From the NCBI RefSeq assembly GCF_032191835.1, contig NC_083241.1:34100001-34164000 (forward strand): DNA of 64,000 nt, in the 5' to 3' direction. The DNA comes from Heteronotia binoei (taxonomy: Eukaryota). The notes beneath the pieces were generated by a model. It saw nothing but the letters and a program-made list of their open reading frames with translations, had not been told where the DNA came from and ran no database searches. This document shows, one piece after another, positions 1 through 11,154 of the stretch. The position numbers and the translations under genes were made by a program. How positions within the stretch are numbered: position 1 is the stretch's first letter; the number at the start of each line of letters is the position of its first letter.

Positions 1-277
1 ACGGAGTGGAAAAAGTTTAGAAGATACGTAGAAAAAGAGTGGAAAATAAAAGGACATTGGACAATTTTTGATAATGATAAAGTTTTAGAAAGAAGAAGAA
101 TATAAGTTTTTTGTTTTAATAGTTAAGGGTACCTTTAAATATTAGCATTTTAAGTAAATAACACCGGAGGGGGTCAAGTAAGGGAGGGGAGGGGTGGGTA
201 GAAAGTAATAAATGGGGTAGATAAAAGACGTTATTAAGATGTAAGAAATAGATTTGTTACCAACTGAAAAAAAAAAG
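1..277 (+). mobile_element. LINE-1-like 3' end (ORF2 C-terminus, 3' UTR, poly-A)
   Basis: Open frame from base 1 (TEWKKFRRYVEKEWKIKGHW...) resembles squamate L1 ORF2 ends. An A-rich UTR follows, ending in an A-run near 267-277. Confidence 0.45.
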
Positions 278-488
278 TCCTGCCCACATCCCCCCTCCCA
301 GCCCCACCAAAGAACACGCTGCTGTTCCAGATCCAGCCTCCTTTCTCCGAATGTGGACTCTGTGCCTTCCCTCCCAGAAGTATTTAAAAAGTTACAGATC
401 ACATTTGAAAGTCCTCCGTTTTATCTCCACGGAGCAATAGGAAGTCAGCAATGTGGATTCCTCTGTTTAAAGAATCGCATCATCTAAC

Positions 489-990
489 CAGATAGATCCA
501 GGCGGGCAGCCATGTTGGTCTGAAGTGGTAGAACAAGGCAGGAGTCAAGTGGCACCTTTAAGACCAACCAAGTTTTATTAAGAATGGAAGCTTTCGTGTG
601 CTCTAAAGCACACTTCACCAGATGAGGAATGAGGTGCAGTGAGCAGAGCTACGTATAGCTGGTAGGCAGTGATTTAGAATGCGAAATGGTACAGATTTAA
701 GATCCAATGACAGAATAGTAAAATTAACAACTTAAGCAAACCTTTGATCTGGGTAACATGAGTGTGAGAAACCAATAAACCAGTAACATGTCAAAACGCG
801 AGAAGGTCTGTTAATCACTCTATTGTTATAAGCCTGGGCATTTTTCTTTTCAGAAGTTTTCCCCATCCAACTAATTTACCTTTTAACACATACATATAGT
901 TTGCTAGTAGAAGAAAAATACATTAAAGTATAGCAGGAAATGGGTTTAGTATATGTAATGAGATAAACAGCCAATATCCCTACCTGAGTA
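489..990 (-). mobile_element. Penelope-like element end with degenerate hammerhead motif
   Basis: The reverse complement matches the 46495-46736 copy over about 230 bp and contains CTGGTGA-stem-GAAAGCT. The extent beyond about 720 is uncertain. Confidence 0.55.
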
Positions 991-2056
991 TGTCAATACA
1001 GCTAAAAGAAACATACATTGGATAGTGATGTCCACCTAATTTACTTTTTAACATGTAAACTTCTAACCATGTTTGAGCCCCTCCCCCAACTGAGTTTTAT
1101 ACTAGATGGAGGAATAAGGAGCTGAGACTCAGCTTCAAGCTTCCTTTTCCTGAACAGCATGGGATTCTCTGGGACTGTGCAACCCTGTGCACACTTACTC
1201 CAGAGGAGATCCATTGAGCAGTAGAAGGACTCGCTGAGGGCAGCGTGGCCGGATCGCCTCCTGGAGAGGACTGGACAAGACGCCTTTTCCCTTTTCCTGC
1301 AGCCCTGAAAGGGTTAAAGGGACAGAGCTGTTTGCTAGAGAGGCCAACCTAAGAGGGGGGCAGAGAAGAGGAGGATGAGGGTTTGCTTCTGAATGGGGAG
1401 AGAACAGGAAGGGCTGCAGATGTGCAACAGCTGGGGAAAACCCTGCAACTGCATCCAGGGAAGGTTTACCTGGAAGTAAGGCATTACATGATAAACTTTT
1501 AGATCTTCCAAGGAGGGATGGATTAGGCTCCTGCTCTGAGCTGGGATCATTCTCAGCCATGGTTTTGGGTGTGGAGGGTGGATTCTTGGAAAGGTCCAGT
1601 TTGGGGACTGGAGAGACTCAGATGGGAGCAAGACCATAGAGCCCTCCCACCCACCCCCTACCCCCCAGTACAATCATTTTCTCCAGGGGACCTGATGTCA
1701 GCTAGTGTCAGGTCGGCTGGCTGTAATTCCAGGAGAACTTCAGGCCCCACCTGGAGGTTGACAACCCTGTTAGGCACCAGTTTTGCACCCCTCTGGAAGC
1801 AGAGCTTAGTTTCAGGGGGAGGGGCTGATAATGTCTTTCGGTACAAAGAAGTCTGAATGAACAAAAGGATGTTGTTTTGCAGGTCATTTTAATCCCCAAA
1901 CAAAGCTGGTCTTTTCTCCTTGGATGAGAAGGAAAGGGCTTGGTGGGGGAGGGGAAAGAGAGAACACGCCCGTCTTGGAATCAACTGCAGCCCTATGCTA
2001 AGACCCTGATGCCCTCCACTGTGGGGCCGGGGCTGCCAGCTGGTGTCCAAGGCCTA

Positions 2057-2134
2057 CCAGAATCGAACTCAGGTCGTGAGCAGAGCTTAGGACTGCAGTA
2101 CTGCAGCTTTAACATTCTGCGCCACGGGGCTCTT
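2057..2134 (-). mobile_element. tRNA-derived SINE head (same family as 18471-18778)
   Basis: Reverse complement AAGAGCCCCGTGGCGCAGAATG...GAGTTCGATTC carries A and B boxes and matches the 52762-52979 copy. Confidence 0.65.
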
Positions 2135-2353
2135 AAGAACCAAAGAGGCCTATCTAAAATAGCTTGGTATGTAATCCAAAAATGATATTAAAGTGTTCTA
2201 CAAACTGCAAGAAGTACTTTTGTTCTGATCCACTAGGGCAGTTCTCACTTGTCTCCTGAGCATATGAAGGTTTGTGATGTTCAGTGGTGTGTCTCCGTTC
2301 TTTTTTATTTTCCTTTTGTCACGTTGCTGTCTGTATCTCTCTGCCCTTCCCAG

Positions 2354-3334
2354 GAAGAAGCCTCTCTTCCTATCCAAGTTAATACAGGCATCTTTTCACA
2401 ATATGAGGTGACACAAGAGAAGGAGATAAAAGAAGAGGGCCCAGGAGGACCTGGGACTGGCAAGACAGCAAGCAAAGGCTCCCATTCCATCCAGGCTGGG
2501 AGTGCTGTTGAATTCTGGGGAAACCCTGTGCCCAGTAGGGTTGCCAAGTCCGATTCAAGAAATATCTGGGGACTTTGGGGGTGGAGCCAGGAGACATTGG
2601 GGGGTGGAGCCAGGAGCAAGGTTGTGACAAGCATAAGTGAACTCCAAAGGGAGTTCTGGCCATCACATTGAAAGGGACCGCACACCTTTTAAATGCCTTC
2701 CTTCCATGGGAAATAATAGATAGGGGCACCTTCTTTTGGGGCACAGAGAATTGGACCCCCTGGTCCAATCTTTTTGAAACTTGGAGGGTATTTTGGGGAG
2801 AGGCACCAGATGCTACGCTGCAAATTTGGGGCCTTTACCTCAAACAACAGCCTCCTCAGAGCCCCAGATACCCATGGATCCATTCTCCATTATTTCCTAT
2901 GGGAATACATCTCCATACGGAATAATAAAGTTCGCAGCTGACATTTCCCTCCCCCCGCTTACTGATGACCCTGAAGTGGGGAGAGGGCCTCCAAACCAGG
3001 GGTTCCCCTGCCCCCACCTGGGGATTGGCAACCCTATGTGCCAGTGATCCCCCATCAGGTCACAGTGATCTCAGATTTCCAATGCTTCTGGCTGTTCCGC
3101 AACCAAGAGGTTGATGGGCTCCGAGAGGTTTGCAGCCAGCTGCATCGACTTTGCAACCAGTGGCTGAAGCCAGAGAGGCGCACCAAGAAGCAAATGGCGG
3201 ACCTGGTGATCCTGGAGCCGTTCCTGATTCTCCTGCCCCAGGAAATGCAGCGCTGGGTCAGAGGATGTGGGCCGGAGAGCAGTTCCCAGGCAGTGGCCTT
3301 GGCAGAAGATTTCCTCCTGAGTCAGGCAGAACAG
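2354..3334 (+). pseudogene. SCAN-domain exon of a ZSCAN-like gene, interrupted by a MITE
   Basis: Polypyrimidine acceptor ...CCTTCCCAG at 2353. The frame gives ...GPGTGKTASKGSHSIQAGSAVEFWG, then after the insert FRNQEVDGLREVCSQLHRLCNQWLKPERRTKKQMADLVILEPFLILLPQEMQRWVRGCGPESSSQAVALAEDFLLSQAEQ (SCAN). Donor GTGTGG at 3335. Conserved positions are altered (GPRE>GLRE, LEQF>LEPF). Confidence 0.75.
2536..3036. mobile_element. hAT-type MITE (TIR TAGGGTTGCCA) inside the SCAN exon
   Basis: TIRs TAGGGTTGCCA/TGGCAACCCTA. Flanks TGTGCCCAG and TGTGCCAG form an 8-bp TSD with a 1-nt indel. Confidence 0.85.
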
Positions 3335-3960
3335 GTGTGGGGATTTCCTCCAGGCGTGTCCGATTCAAGCAACGCTATCTGGCCTTATCCTAAACAGTTT
3401 CCCTGCCAGACTTCTGTCCCAGTGTCAATCACCCAAACGAGAGATTTTAACAGCTTCCTTCAGCAGCCTCTTCTACAAGAAAATTTCCTATCCCGCCAGA
3501 TATTTTGATAGAAGGGTGCAGAGCTGGGAGCAGGGCAGGACCCATCGCTTCGAGTCATGATCCTAGGCCTAGTGCGACCTACAGGCCTGGAGAAGCCTAT
3601 GTAGGAGTGGTTAGGGGGGCCTACATTCCCCAGCATCCCTCCTCTTCCTCTGATTGGGTGAAAGCAGTTTTGGAGGGAAAACTTGCCCAGTGGGGGGTGG
3701 GATGTGGGGGATGCATAAAAGGCCAAGCCACAGACAGGGTGTATTCTCTCTGGAAAAGGCCACAGGATAGAAGGCAGCTAGAGAGGGATCCCGTATCCAA
3801 GGAGGGTGAGTGACTCTCTTGAGGTTACAGGGCCAGCCTTGGGCTGTCTGGCACCCTCCCCCATGCACTGATAACGTCATCGAGTCACATGGGGGGCACC
3901 CAGTCAGTCTCCCAGAAGGCTGGTGCCTGGGCTATTTCCTAGTGGGAGGGCAGGCCCTAT

Positions 3961-4446
3961 TAGGGTTGCCAAGTCCAATTCAAGAAATATCTGGGGACTT
4001 TGGGGGTGGAGCCAGGAGCAAGGTTGAGACAAGCACAATTGAACTCTAAAGGGAGTTCTGGCCATCGCACTGAAAGGGACCACGCACTTTTGAAATGCCT
4101 TCCTTCCGTAGGAAATCATGAAGGATAGGGGCACCTTCTTTGGTGGCTCATAGAATTGGACCCTCTGGTCCAATCTTTTTGAAACTTGGCGGGTACTTTG
4201 GGGAGAGGCACTAGATGCTATACTGAAAATCTGGTGCCTCTACCTCAAAAAACAGCTCTCCCAGAGCCCCAGATACCCGTGGATCAATTCTCTATTATTC
4301 TCTATGGGAATAAATCTCCATAGGGAATAATGGGGTTCCCAGCAGACATTTCCCTCCCCTCCCCCCGCTTTCTGATGACCCTGAAGCGGGAGGAGGGCCT
4401 CCAAACCGGGGGATCCCCTGCCCCCACCTGGGGGTTGGCAACCCTA
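3961..4446. mobile_element. hAT-type MITE, same family as 2536-3036
   Basis: Same TIRs, perfect 8-bp TSD GGCCCTAT at 3953-3960 and 4447-4454. Confidence 0.9.
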
Positions 4447-5015
4447 GGCCCTATGAGGTTAGAAGGGAACGTCTAGTTGGTTGCATCAGGGCCGTTTATT
4501 TCTTTGCACCGGCGTTTACTGCTTCTTTATTCACTGCTGCGCTAAATGTTTTCATACCCACTTGTCGTTCTAGAGCACTTATATACTCAAGACGTTTTTT
4601 GTAAAAAAAACACAAGCCCAGCATATTAGGCCACACCCCGTGACGTCACCGTTGTTTCACACAGGGCAGAAAAAGCCCAGCAGGAATTCATTTGCATATT
4701 AGGCCACACCCCTTGATGCCAAGCCGGCCAGAACTGTGTCCCTGTGCATTCCTGCTAAAAAAAAAAAGAAAAGAAAAAGCTTTGCTTACAATAAACCTGT
4801 CGTTGTACTGCTTGGGTCCTCACATCTCTTTGGTCACAGATAAAAAGTTTTGTTAAGAAGGAGGACACAAGGGTTGGGGTGGTCTCTGGAGCCTCCCGGA
4901 CAGACCCTTGCCAGAGTGGTGGCAGCCAGGAGAAGGCCTTTCGTGATCCCCTGCTGTGTGACACTTGGTCTCTCTTCCATCCCATCTCTTCTCCTCTTCC
5001 TTGCTGCTATTTCAG

Positions 5016-5760
5016 ATGTCAGGACCATCCATGAAGACAGAAGATACAATCCAGGAGGCAGAGGAGCTCCTTCCGAGGAAGGGCAAAGGACACAGGCAGG
5101 GCCGGCTCACCTACTAGGCAAACTAGGCGGCTGCCTAGGGCGCCGGGAGGGAGGGTGCGCCAAATTCGGCTTCCCCCCCTTGCGGTGCCCAAGAGAACAG
5201 CCTAATTTGCCTCTACCGCCCCCACCGCTGCAGCCAGCGCCTGCCCACCCGAGCTCGTCCTGCCGCAGCCACCAGTTCCCCCCCGCTCGCCCTGCCACAG
5301 CTGCTGCCGACTCCTGCTCGCCCTCCCCGCCAGCTCGTGCTGCCGCCAGATCCCACTCGCCCTCCCCCATTTGCCCTGCTGCCGCCAGCTGCCGCCACCC
5401 CCTCGCCCTGCCGCCGCCAGCTCCCGCCTCCTACTCGCCTCCCCCTGCACTCGCCCTGCCACTGCCAGATCCTGGCTGCTCGCCCTTCCCCCCCAGCCAC
5501 CCTACCATCTCCCACCTCCGGCTCGCCCTTCCACCTTGCCCTGCCGCCACCGCCAGATCCCACTTGCCCTTCTCCCCGCCCCCTGCTCACCCTGCCACTG
5601 CTGCCAAATCCCGTTCACCATCCCCCTTACTTGCGGGGCTACTTGCGAGTAGGCGACAGGCACGAGAGCGGAGCTGTGCTGCCCTGCCTAGGGCGCGAGA
5701 AAGGCTTGGGCCGGCCCTGGCCACAGGCTGTAGATTGTACCCAAGATGGTCTCTCCTGTG
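5016..5760 (+). pseudogene. Post-SCAN linker exon of the ZSCAN-like gene, frameshifted and MITE-interrupted
   Basis: Acceptor TTTCAG at 5015 and donor GTAAGG at 5761. MSGPSMKTEDTIQEAE lies in one frame and GAPSEEGQRTQA...DCTQDGLSCG in another, implying an apparent 1-nt deletion near 5063. Similarity to squamate ZSCAN linker exons is from recall. Confidence 0.55.
5097..5719. mobile_element. hAT-type MITE (TIR CAGGGCCGGC) with GC-rich repetitive interior
   Basis: TIRs CAGGGCCGGC/GCCGGCCCTG; TSD GACACAGG/GCCACAGG (7/8). Confidence 0.8.
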
Positions 5761-8050
5761 GTAAGGACTCGTTGTGCCTGGACACGATTGGGGCACCCTG
5801 TGAATTTGATGGGAACTGATGGGAACAGGTTAGGAACAAAATTAAATACTTCTTCTCACAATGCAGAGCTAATTTGTGGCACCCAGCATCCACTAACTTC
5901 GATGCCTCTCAAAGGAGATTAGAGAAATTAGTGGAGGACAATCCCTTCCATTAATTTAAACATTCCTATCCCACCTTCCAAAAGAGGAACTGAAGGTGGC
6001 TCAAAAGAGAAAAGGTAGACAAATCTCAACAAAGCTATTCAGCCTGGCACATAAAGGGAGCCTCCACCGTCTGAGGCAGCAGAGCTCAAAAAACCATTTC
6101 CTAGATCGTGAAAAAATTTGCCTTCTGTGCCCATGCTTAAAAGGGGCATCTGGTGGGTTGTGGTGGGAAATGTGGCCTAATATGCAAAGGAGTTCTTGCT
6201 ACAAAAAAAAAAAAAAATCCCTGGGCAAATTACAAATGCTAGGATTTCAGTGTGAAATAGGCAACAAGATAAAGAACCACCGAATGTCGAAGTGCAAATA
6301 AACCTCCGTGTCAATTTTAAGCATGCAAAAGCGTTTCAAATCTTAAGTATGTGTCTATTATTTACTGCGACGCCAAAATATTTAACAGGTATTACAAATC
6401 ACATTTCAAACATACATGCCCCTGCTGAACAATGCAGAAGAAATCACAGCATTACAGTTCCTTTCACCAAAGTAGGGTTTTGAGGACACAGTCTCTCTTG
6501 CCCCCACGGTGACTTGTTTCTTGTACTCAGTTGGTCCCGTAGGTACCAAAAATGACAAGGGCACTTCTTTAAAGCCAAAGGAAGTTAGGAGACTGCAGTA
6601 ACAACAAGAAATTGGCCCATTTTCCAGTACAGGTGGTTTCATTATTTTTTTAGTGTTTGCTTAGAATTCTTATGGGGAGCTATAAGAAGAGATTCCGCTT
6701 AGATCAACATTTCCTTTTCTACTTGTAAGTTTCCATTCTCAAGTCCCGTTTGTTGTTATTGTCATTTCTGTATTGTTCTGTATTGTGAAATGTGATATGT
6801 AATACTTGCTAAATATTTTGGTATTACAGTAAATAGTTGACACATTCTTAACATTTAAAATGCTTTTGTGTGCTTAAAACTGACATGGAGGCTTATTTGC
6901 TCTCCGACATTCAGTGTGTGGCAAGAGCTTGAGGCACAGATCCGATTTGCGTGTTCTTAAGAGAATCCATACGAAGGTGAGAGATTCCTATAGCTGGTTC
7001 TGATGAGGGTCTTCTTCAGACACCCAGGTATTGGAGGTTCAGAATGGGTCAGAAAGTAGTTATACAAAGGAGGGCCTTTTTAGTGGTTGCCCTCCTCTGT
7101 GAAACACACTATTTCAGGTTATCTGCCAATCTAACTCTTCCTAACTTCTACAAAGCTGGCAAAAACATTTCCTTTCCCAAATCCTGAGAAGAAATAGATA
7201 AGTTGAGGATAACCGATATCTACTCTGCTACTCTGCTACTGTCATAAATATGGCGTGACCAGCCGTCATCCTTAGTTCACATATGTTGTTATCTGACAAG
7301 CCGTTCTACAGAGGGATTACTCAACCCTAATCTCTCCCCTGTCCAGCCTGCTGTGATCTTTTTGGGGGGAGCTTTTCTTGAGAGGTGTCACCACCCTGAA
7401 GCCCAAAGAGTTCTGGCAATAGAATTTATTTGGGTTGAAAGGAAAAACTTATGCCCCCCAAAACTTCAACTCAGTAAGTTTTAAGGGGTCAGAGCCTCCA
7501 ATAACCAGTACTGTGAAAACGGACTGGCATCCGTGGAGCTGGCAGGTGAACTTTCTGGGACAAAATTCTGCCATTTCATTTGTCTTCCCCACCCACCCCC
7601 AGATTCTCCCAGAGAGAACCAGGAAAGAGAAGTAAGATTCCCTCCTCCTGCTCTGACCACCACCACCCCACTCCATGAGCCAGAAATAACCTGGAGTAAT
7701 ACCCAGTTTGCTCCTTTTGAATTCCCCCTTGGAGACTGTGCCTTTATGTAGCAGGCTGAGAAATTTCATTTCACTTCTATAATTTGGAAAGGTATCTGCC
7801 TGAAGAGAAGAGGCTTATTGTATTGAAATGGGCGCCTGAAGAGATAAATAGCACCCCATAATGCCTCTGAAAGGGAGAGAACACTTTTTTCCATCCAAGC
7901 AGTTGGCACCCCTAGATTAAGTATTCCTTTATGAAACAAAACAAAACTCATTTTATGAAGGTTCATAGCTCATTAAAGAGATTATTATTTGTATTGGGTA
8001 AATCAGAATTTGTGTTTTCTGTGCGTTGCAGGGGTTTTTTTTTTTTAATG

Positions 8051-8283
8051 AACATAACATAAGAGAAGCCATGTTGGATTAGGCCAATGGCCCATCCAGT
8101 CCAACACTTTGTGTCACATAAGAACATAAGAGAAGCCATGTTGGATCAGGCCAGTGGCCCATCCAGTCCAACACTCTGAGTCACATAAGAATATAAGAGA
8201 AGCCATGTTGGATCAGGCCAATGGCCCATCCAGTCCAACACTCTGTGTCACACAGTGACCAATATATGTGTATGTGTGTATAT

Positions 8284-8314
<31 letters not shown>

Positions 8315-8670
8315 TATATATATACTGTGGCTAATAGCCACTGATGGACCTCTGCTCCATATTTTTATCCGATCCCCTCTTAAAGCTGGCTATGCTTGTA
8401 GCCGCCACCACCACCTCCTGTGGCAGTGAATTCCACATGTTAATCACCCTTTGGGTGAAGAAGTACTTCCTTTTATCCGTTTTAACCTGACTGCTCAGCA
8501 ATTTCATTGAATGCCCACGAGTTCTTGTATTGTGAGAAAGGGAGAAAAGTACTTCTTTCTCTACTTTCTCCATCCCATGCAGAATCTTGTAAACCTCTAT
8601 CATGTCACCCCGCAGTCGAAGTTTCTCCAAGCTAAAGAGCCCCAAGCGTTTTAACCTTTCTTCATAGGGA
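8051..8670 (-). mobile_element. CR1 LINE 3' fragment with triplicated tail
   Basis: ORF 8331-8693 ([26 protein letters not shown]...RTRGH...FFTQRVIN.WNSLP) is the CR1 RT C-terminus. The tail unit of about 68 bp occurs three times. Confidence 0.9.
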
Positions 8671-9000
8671 AGAATGAGTTGGGCATTTGTCAAAGCTTAG
8701 TGTGGCACATCTTTTCAATTGTGTATACAGTTCTAAATGAGAAATCCTCTTGCAAACGCTTGAGACTTGCACCTGGAACCATGACTGATTCCCCAGGAAT
8801 TAACCTGATGTGGGTCTGTTAAGCTGAAGAGCCAGAGGGTTGATTTATGATTAGGTGGATCTGGGTTCAAATTCACAGTAGGCTTGGAAGATCTTTGGAT
8901 GCCTTTTTTCTGTCACATTTTCAAGCTAACAGAACTAACAAAGTGGTTGTTGTAAGAATGAAATATTTTTGTTGTGGGGGGATGACTTCTTCAAAGATTT

Positions 9001-9007
9001 TATTTAT

Positions 9008-9040
<33 letters not shown>

Positions 9041-10835
9041 TTTTATTTATATCCCGCCCTCCCCGCCGCAGCAGGCTCAGGGCAGCTCACATAAAACATA
9101 AAACAGATGCATAATTACAATATAAAACATATCAATACAATTCATAATATATAATTCATAATAGTTGCTATTTAAAACCATTGTAATTAAAACCATCAAA
9201 GTTAAAAAAATAACATTTACAGGTGCTATGTTCTAGATGTTCTCCTCTTGTAATTTATGATGGCCGTATGTAAAATCCACATTAAGAGAAGGCCAGTCGG
9301 AAAAGGGTAGTCTTGCAGGCCCTACGGAATTGAACAAGACTCCGCAGGACCCGTACTTCATCCGGTAGTTGGTCCCACCAGTGTGGAGCTGCGATCGAAA
9401 AAGCCCTTTCTCTCGTAGTCTTCAATTTGGCCTCCTTCGGCCCGGGGATTGTCGAAAGATTCTGTGCACCTGATCTCAGCACTCTCTGGGGCACATATGG
9501 GAAGAGACGGTCCCTAAGGTAGGCAGGTCCTCGGCCATATAGGGTTTTAAAGGTAATGACCAGCACTTTGTAACCAATCCGGTATACAATTGGCAGCCAG
9601 TGCAGTTCGCGCAGCCCCGGTTGTATGTGCTCCCACCTCGGGAGCCCTAGTAACAGCCTGGCTGCCGCAACAATCAAACTTATATCCCGCCCTCTCCTAA
9701 TGGACTCAAGGCAGCTCACAACAGTTAAAACAACATAAAATTTAAAAACAAGATATAGAATGAAATCATTTCCATACATTTTAAAATCATTCCGTTCAAG
9801 ATGTACATTGATATTCTAATTATCCCAATTTTTTTGGGTTCAGTTTTTACAGTTCAGTGAGATTGCCAGTGCTGTGGCATATAGCCACCTCCCCTTAACT
9901 GCTGAAGGCAAGTTTAAACAATTCGGTCTTACAGGCCCTGCGGAACTGTGGCAGGTCCCTGATGTTTTCGGGGAGGGCATTCCACAGAGCGCAGCTATTA
10001 CTGAGAATGCTCTGGCTCTGGTGATGGGTAATCAAACTTCTCTTGGTCCAGCGATCTTAAGAAGATTTTGGGACCCCGAATGTAGTGCTCTCTGGGGTAC
10101 GTATGGGGAGAGGTGGTCCCAAAGATAGACAGGTCCCAGGCCATATAGGGCTTTATATAGGCACCTTGAAAGGAATCTGGAACGCCACAGGCAGCCAGGG
10201 TAACGTTTCCAGCACAGGTTGAATGTGCTCCCGTATAGCGAGCTCCATTAACAACCTGGCTGACATATTTTGCACTAGCTGCAGCCTCCAAATCTGAGTC
10301 AGGGGCAGCCCCATGTAGAGGGCGTCGGAGTAGTCTATTCTCGAGGTGACCGTCGCATGGATCACTGCTTCTAAGTCACTGCGCTGCAGGTATGCAACCA
10401 ACTGCCTTATCCGCCTGAGATGCTAAAATGAGGATTTGGCAGTGGCTGCTACCGGGGCCTTCATTGTCAGCAAAGGCTCCAGGAGCACCCCATAGCTCTT
10501 AACCTTTGAAGCTGGAGCTAATGGCATCCTATCAAAGGCCGGCAGAGGGATCTCCCTACCCAGCTGCTGCGACTTAGGAACAGGACCTCTGTCTTCACTG
10601 GATTCAGTTTCAGTCGACTCTGAGCCACTTCACTACGGCTTGCAATGCCAGGTCCAGATCTTCCAGGGCGCAGTTGGACTGACCCTCCCATCAATAGATA
10701 GAGCTGGGTGTCATCTGCATACTGGCGACAACCCAGCCCATATCTCTGGACAATCTGGGCAAGAGGGTGAACGTGGATGTTAACATCGGGGAGAGAACCG
10801 CCCCCTGAGGCACACCACCTACAAGTGTGTGCCTC
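9001..10835 (-). mobile_element. L2-clade LINE fragments (RT and C-terminus) with (TAA)n tail
   Basis: YADDTQLYL, VTSRIDY..ALYMGLP...LQLVQN..ARLL and LHWLP...YKVL...RAFS.AAP.WW..LP motifs in broken frames; (TAA)n near 9009-9040. Confidence 0.85.
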
Positions 10836-11154
10836 TGTGACGATTGCTCCCCTATGGCCACTCTTTGTCCCCGACCTTGGAGAAAAGAGGTAAGTCACTG
10901 AAGGGCAGGCCCCTGAATCCCCACGCCGGCATGTGTTTGATAGGTGCTGAAATCTCAAGAGTGCTGTATTTCGAAGTGAGAACCGGCAAGGACTTGTGGG
11001 ATGTATCTCATTTCCCTCTTCCCCACTATATCATTTCCTTTTCCTGAAAGTCCCCATAGCACCTCTTGTTTTCATGCTTCCTTCTCTCCTTCCAACCCTG
11101 CAACCAATCTATATATTTTTTCAAAGATTTCAGGTTTTTACGGCTGGTAACATC

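Noticed and set aside
1195-1560. 121-aa minus-strand ORF
   Set aside because: No recognisable domain, splice context or Kozak support.
4850-5764. 304-aa Pro/Ala-rich ORF, the longest in the track
   Set aside because: Most of it is the GC-rich low-complexity interior of a MITE bounded by TIRs and a TSD. It is open in several frames on both strands.
6520-6605. Possible terminal exon of the ZSCAN-like gene (CTCAG| ...KEVRRLQ*)
   Set aside because: Phase-compatible but with no recognisable homology, and no KRAB or C2H2 exon was found downstream.
7000-7030. CTGATGA as a possible hammerhead or C box
   Set aside because: No downstream stem II plus GAAA and no convincing D box or terminal stem; it lies in degenerate LINE-like sequence.
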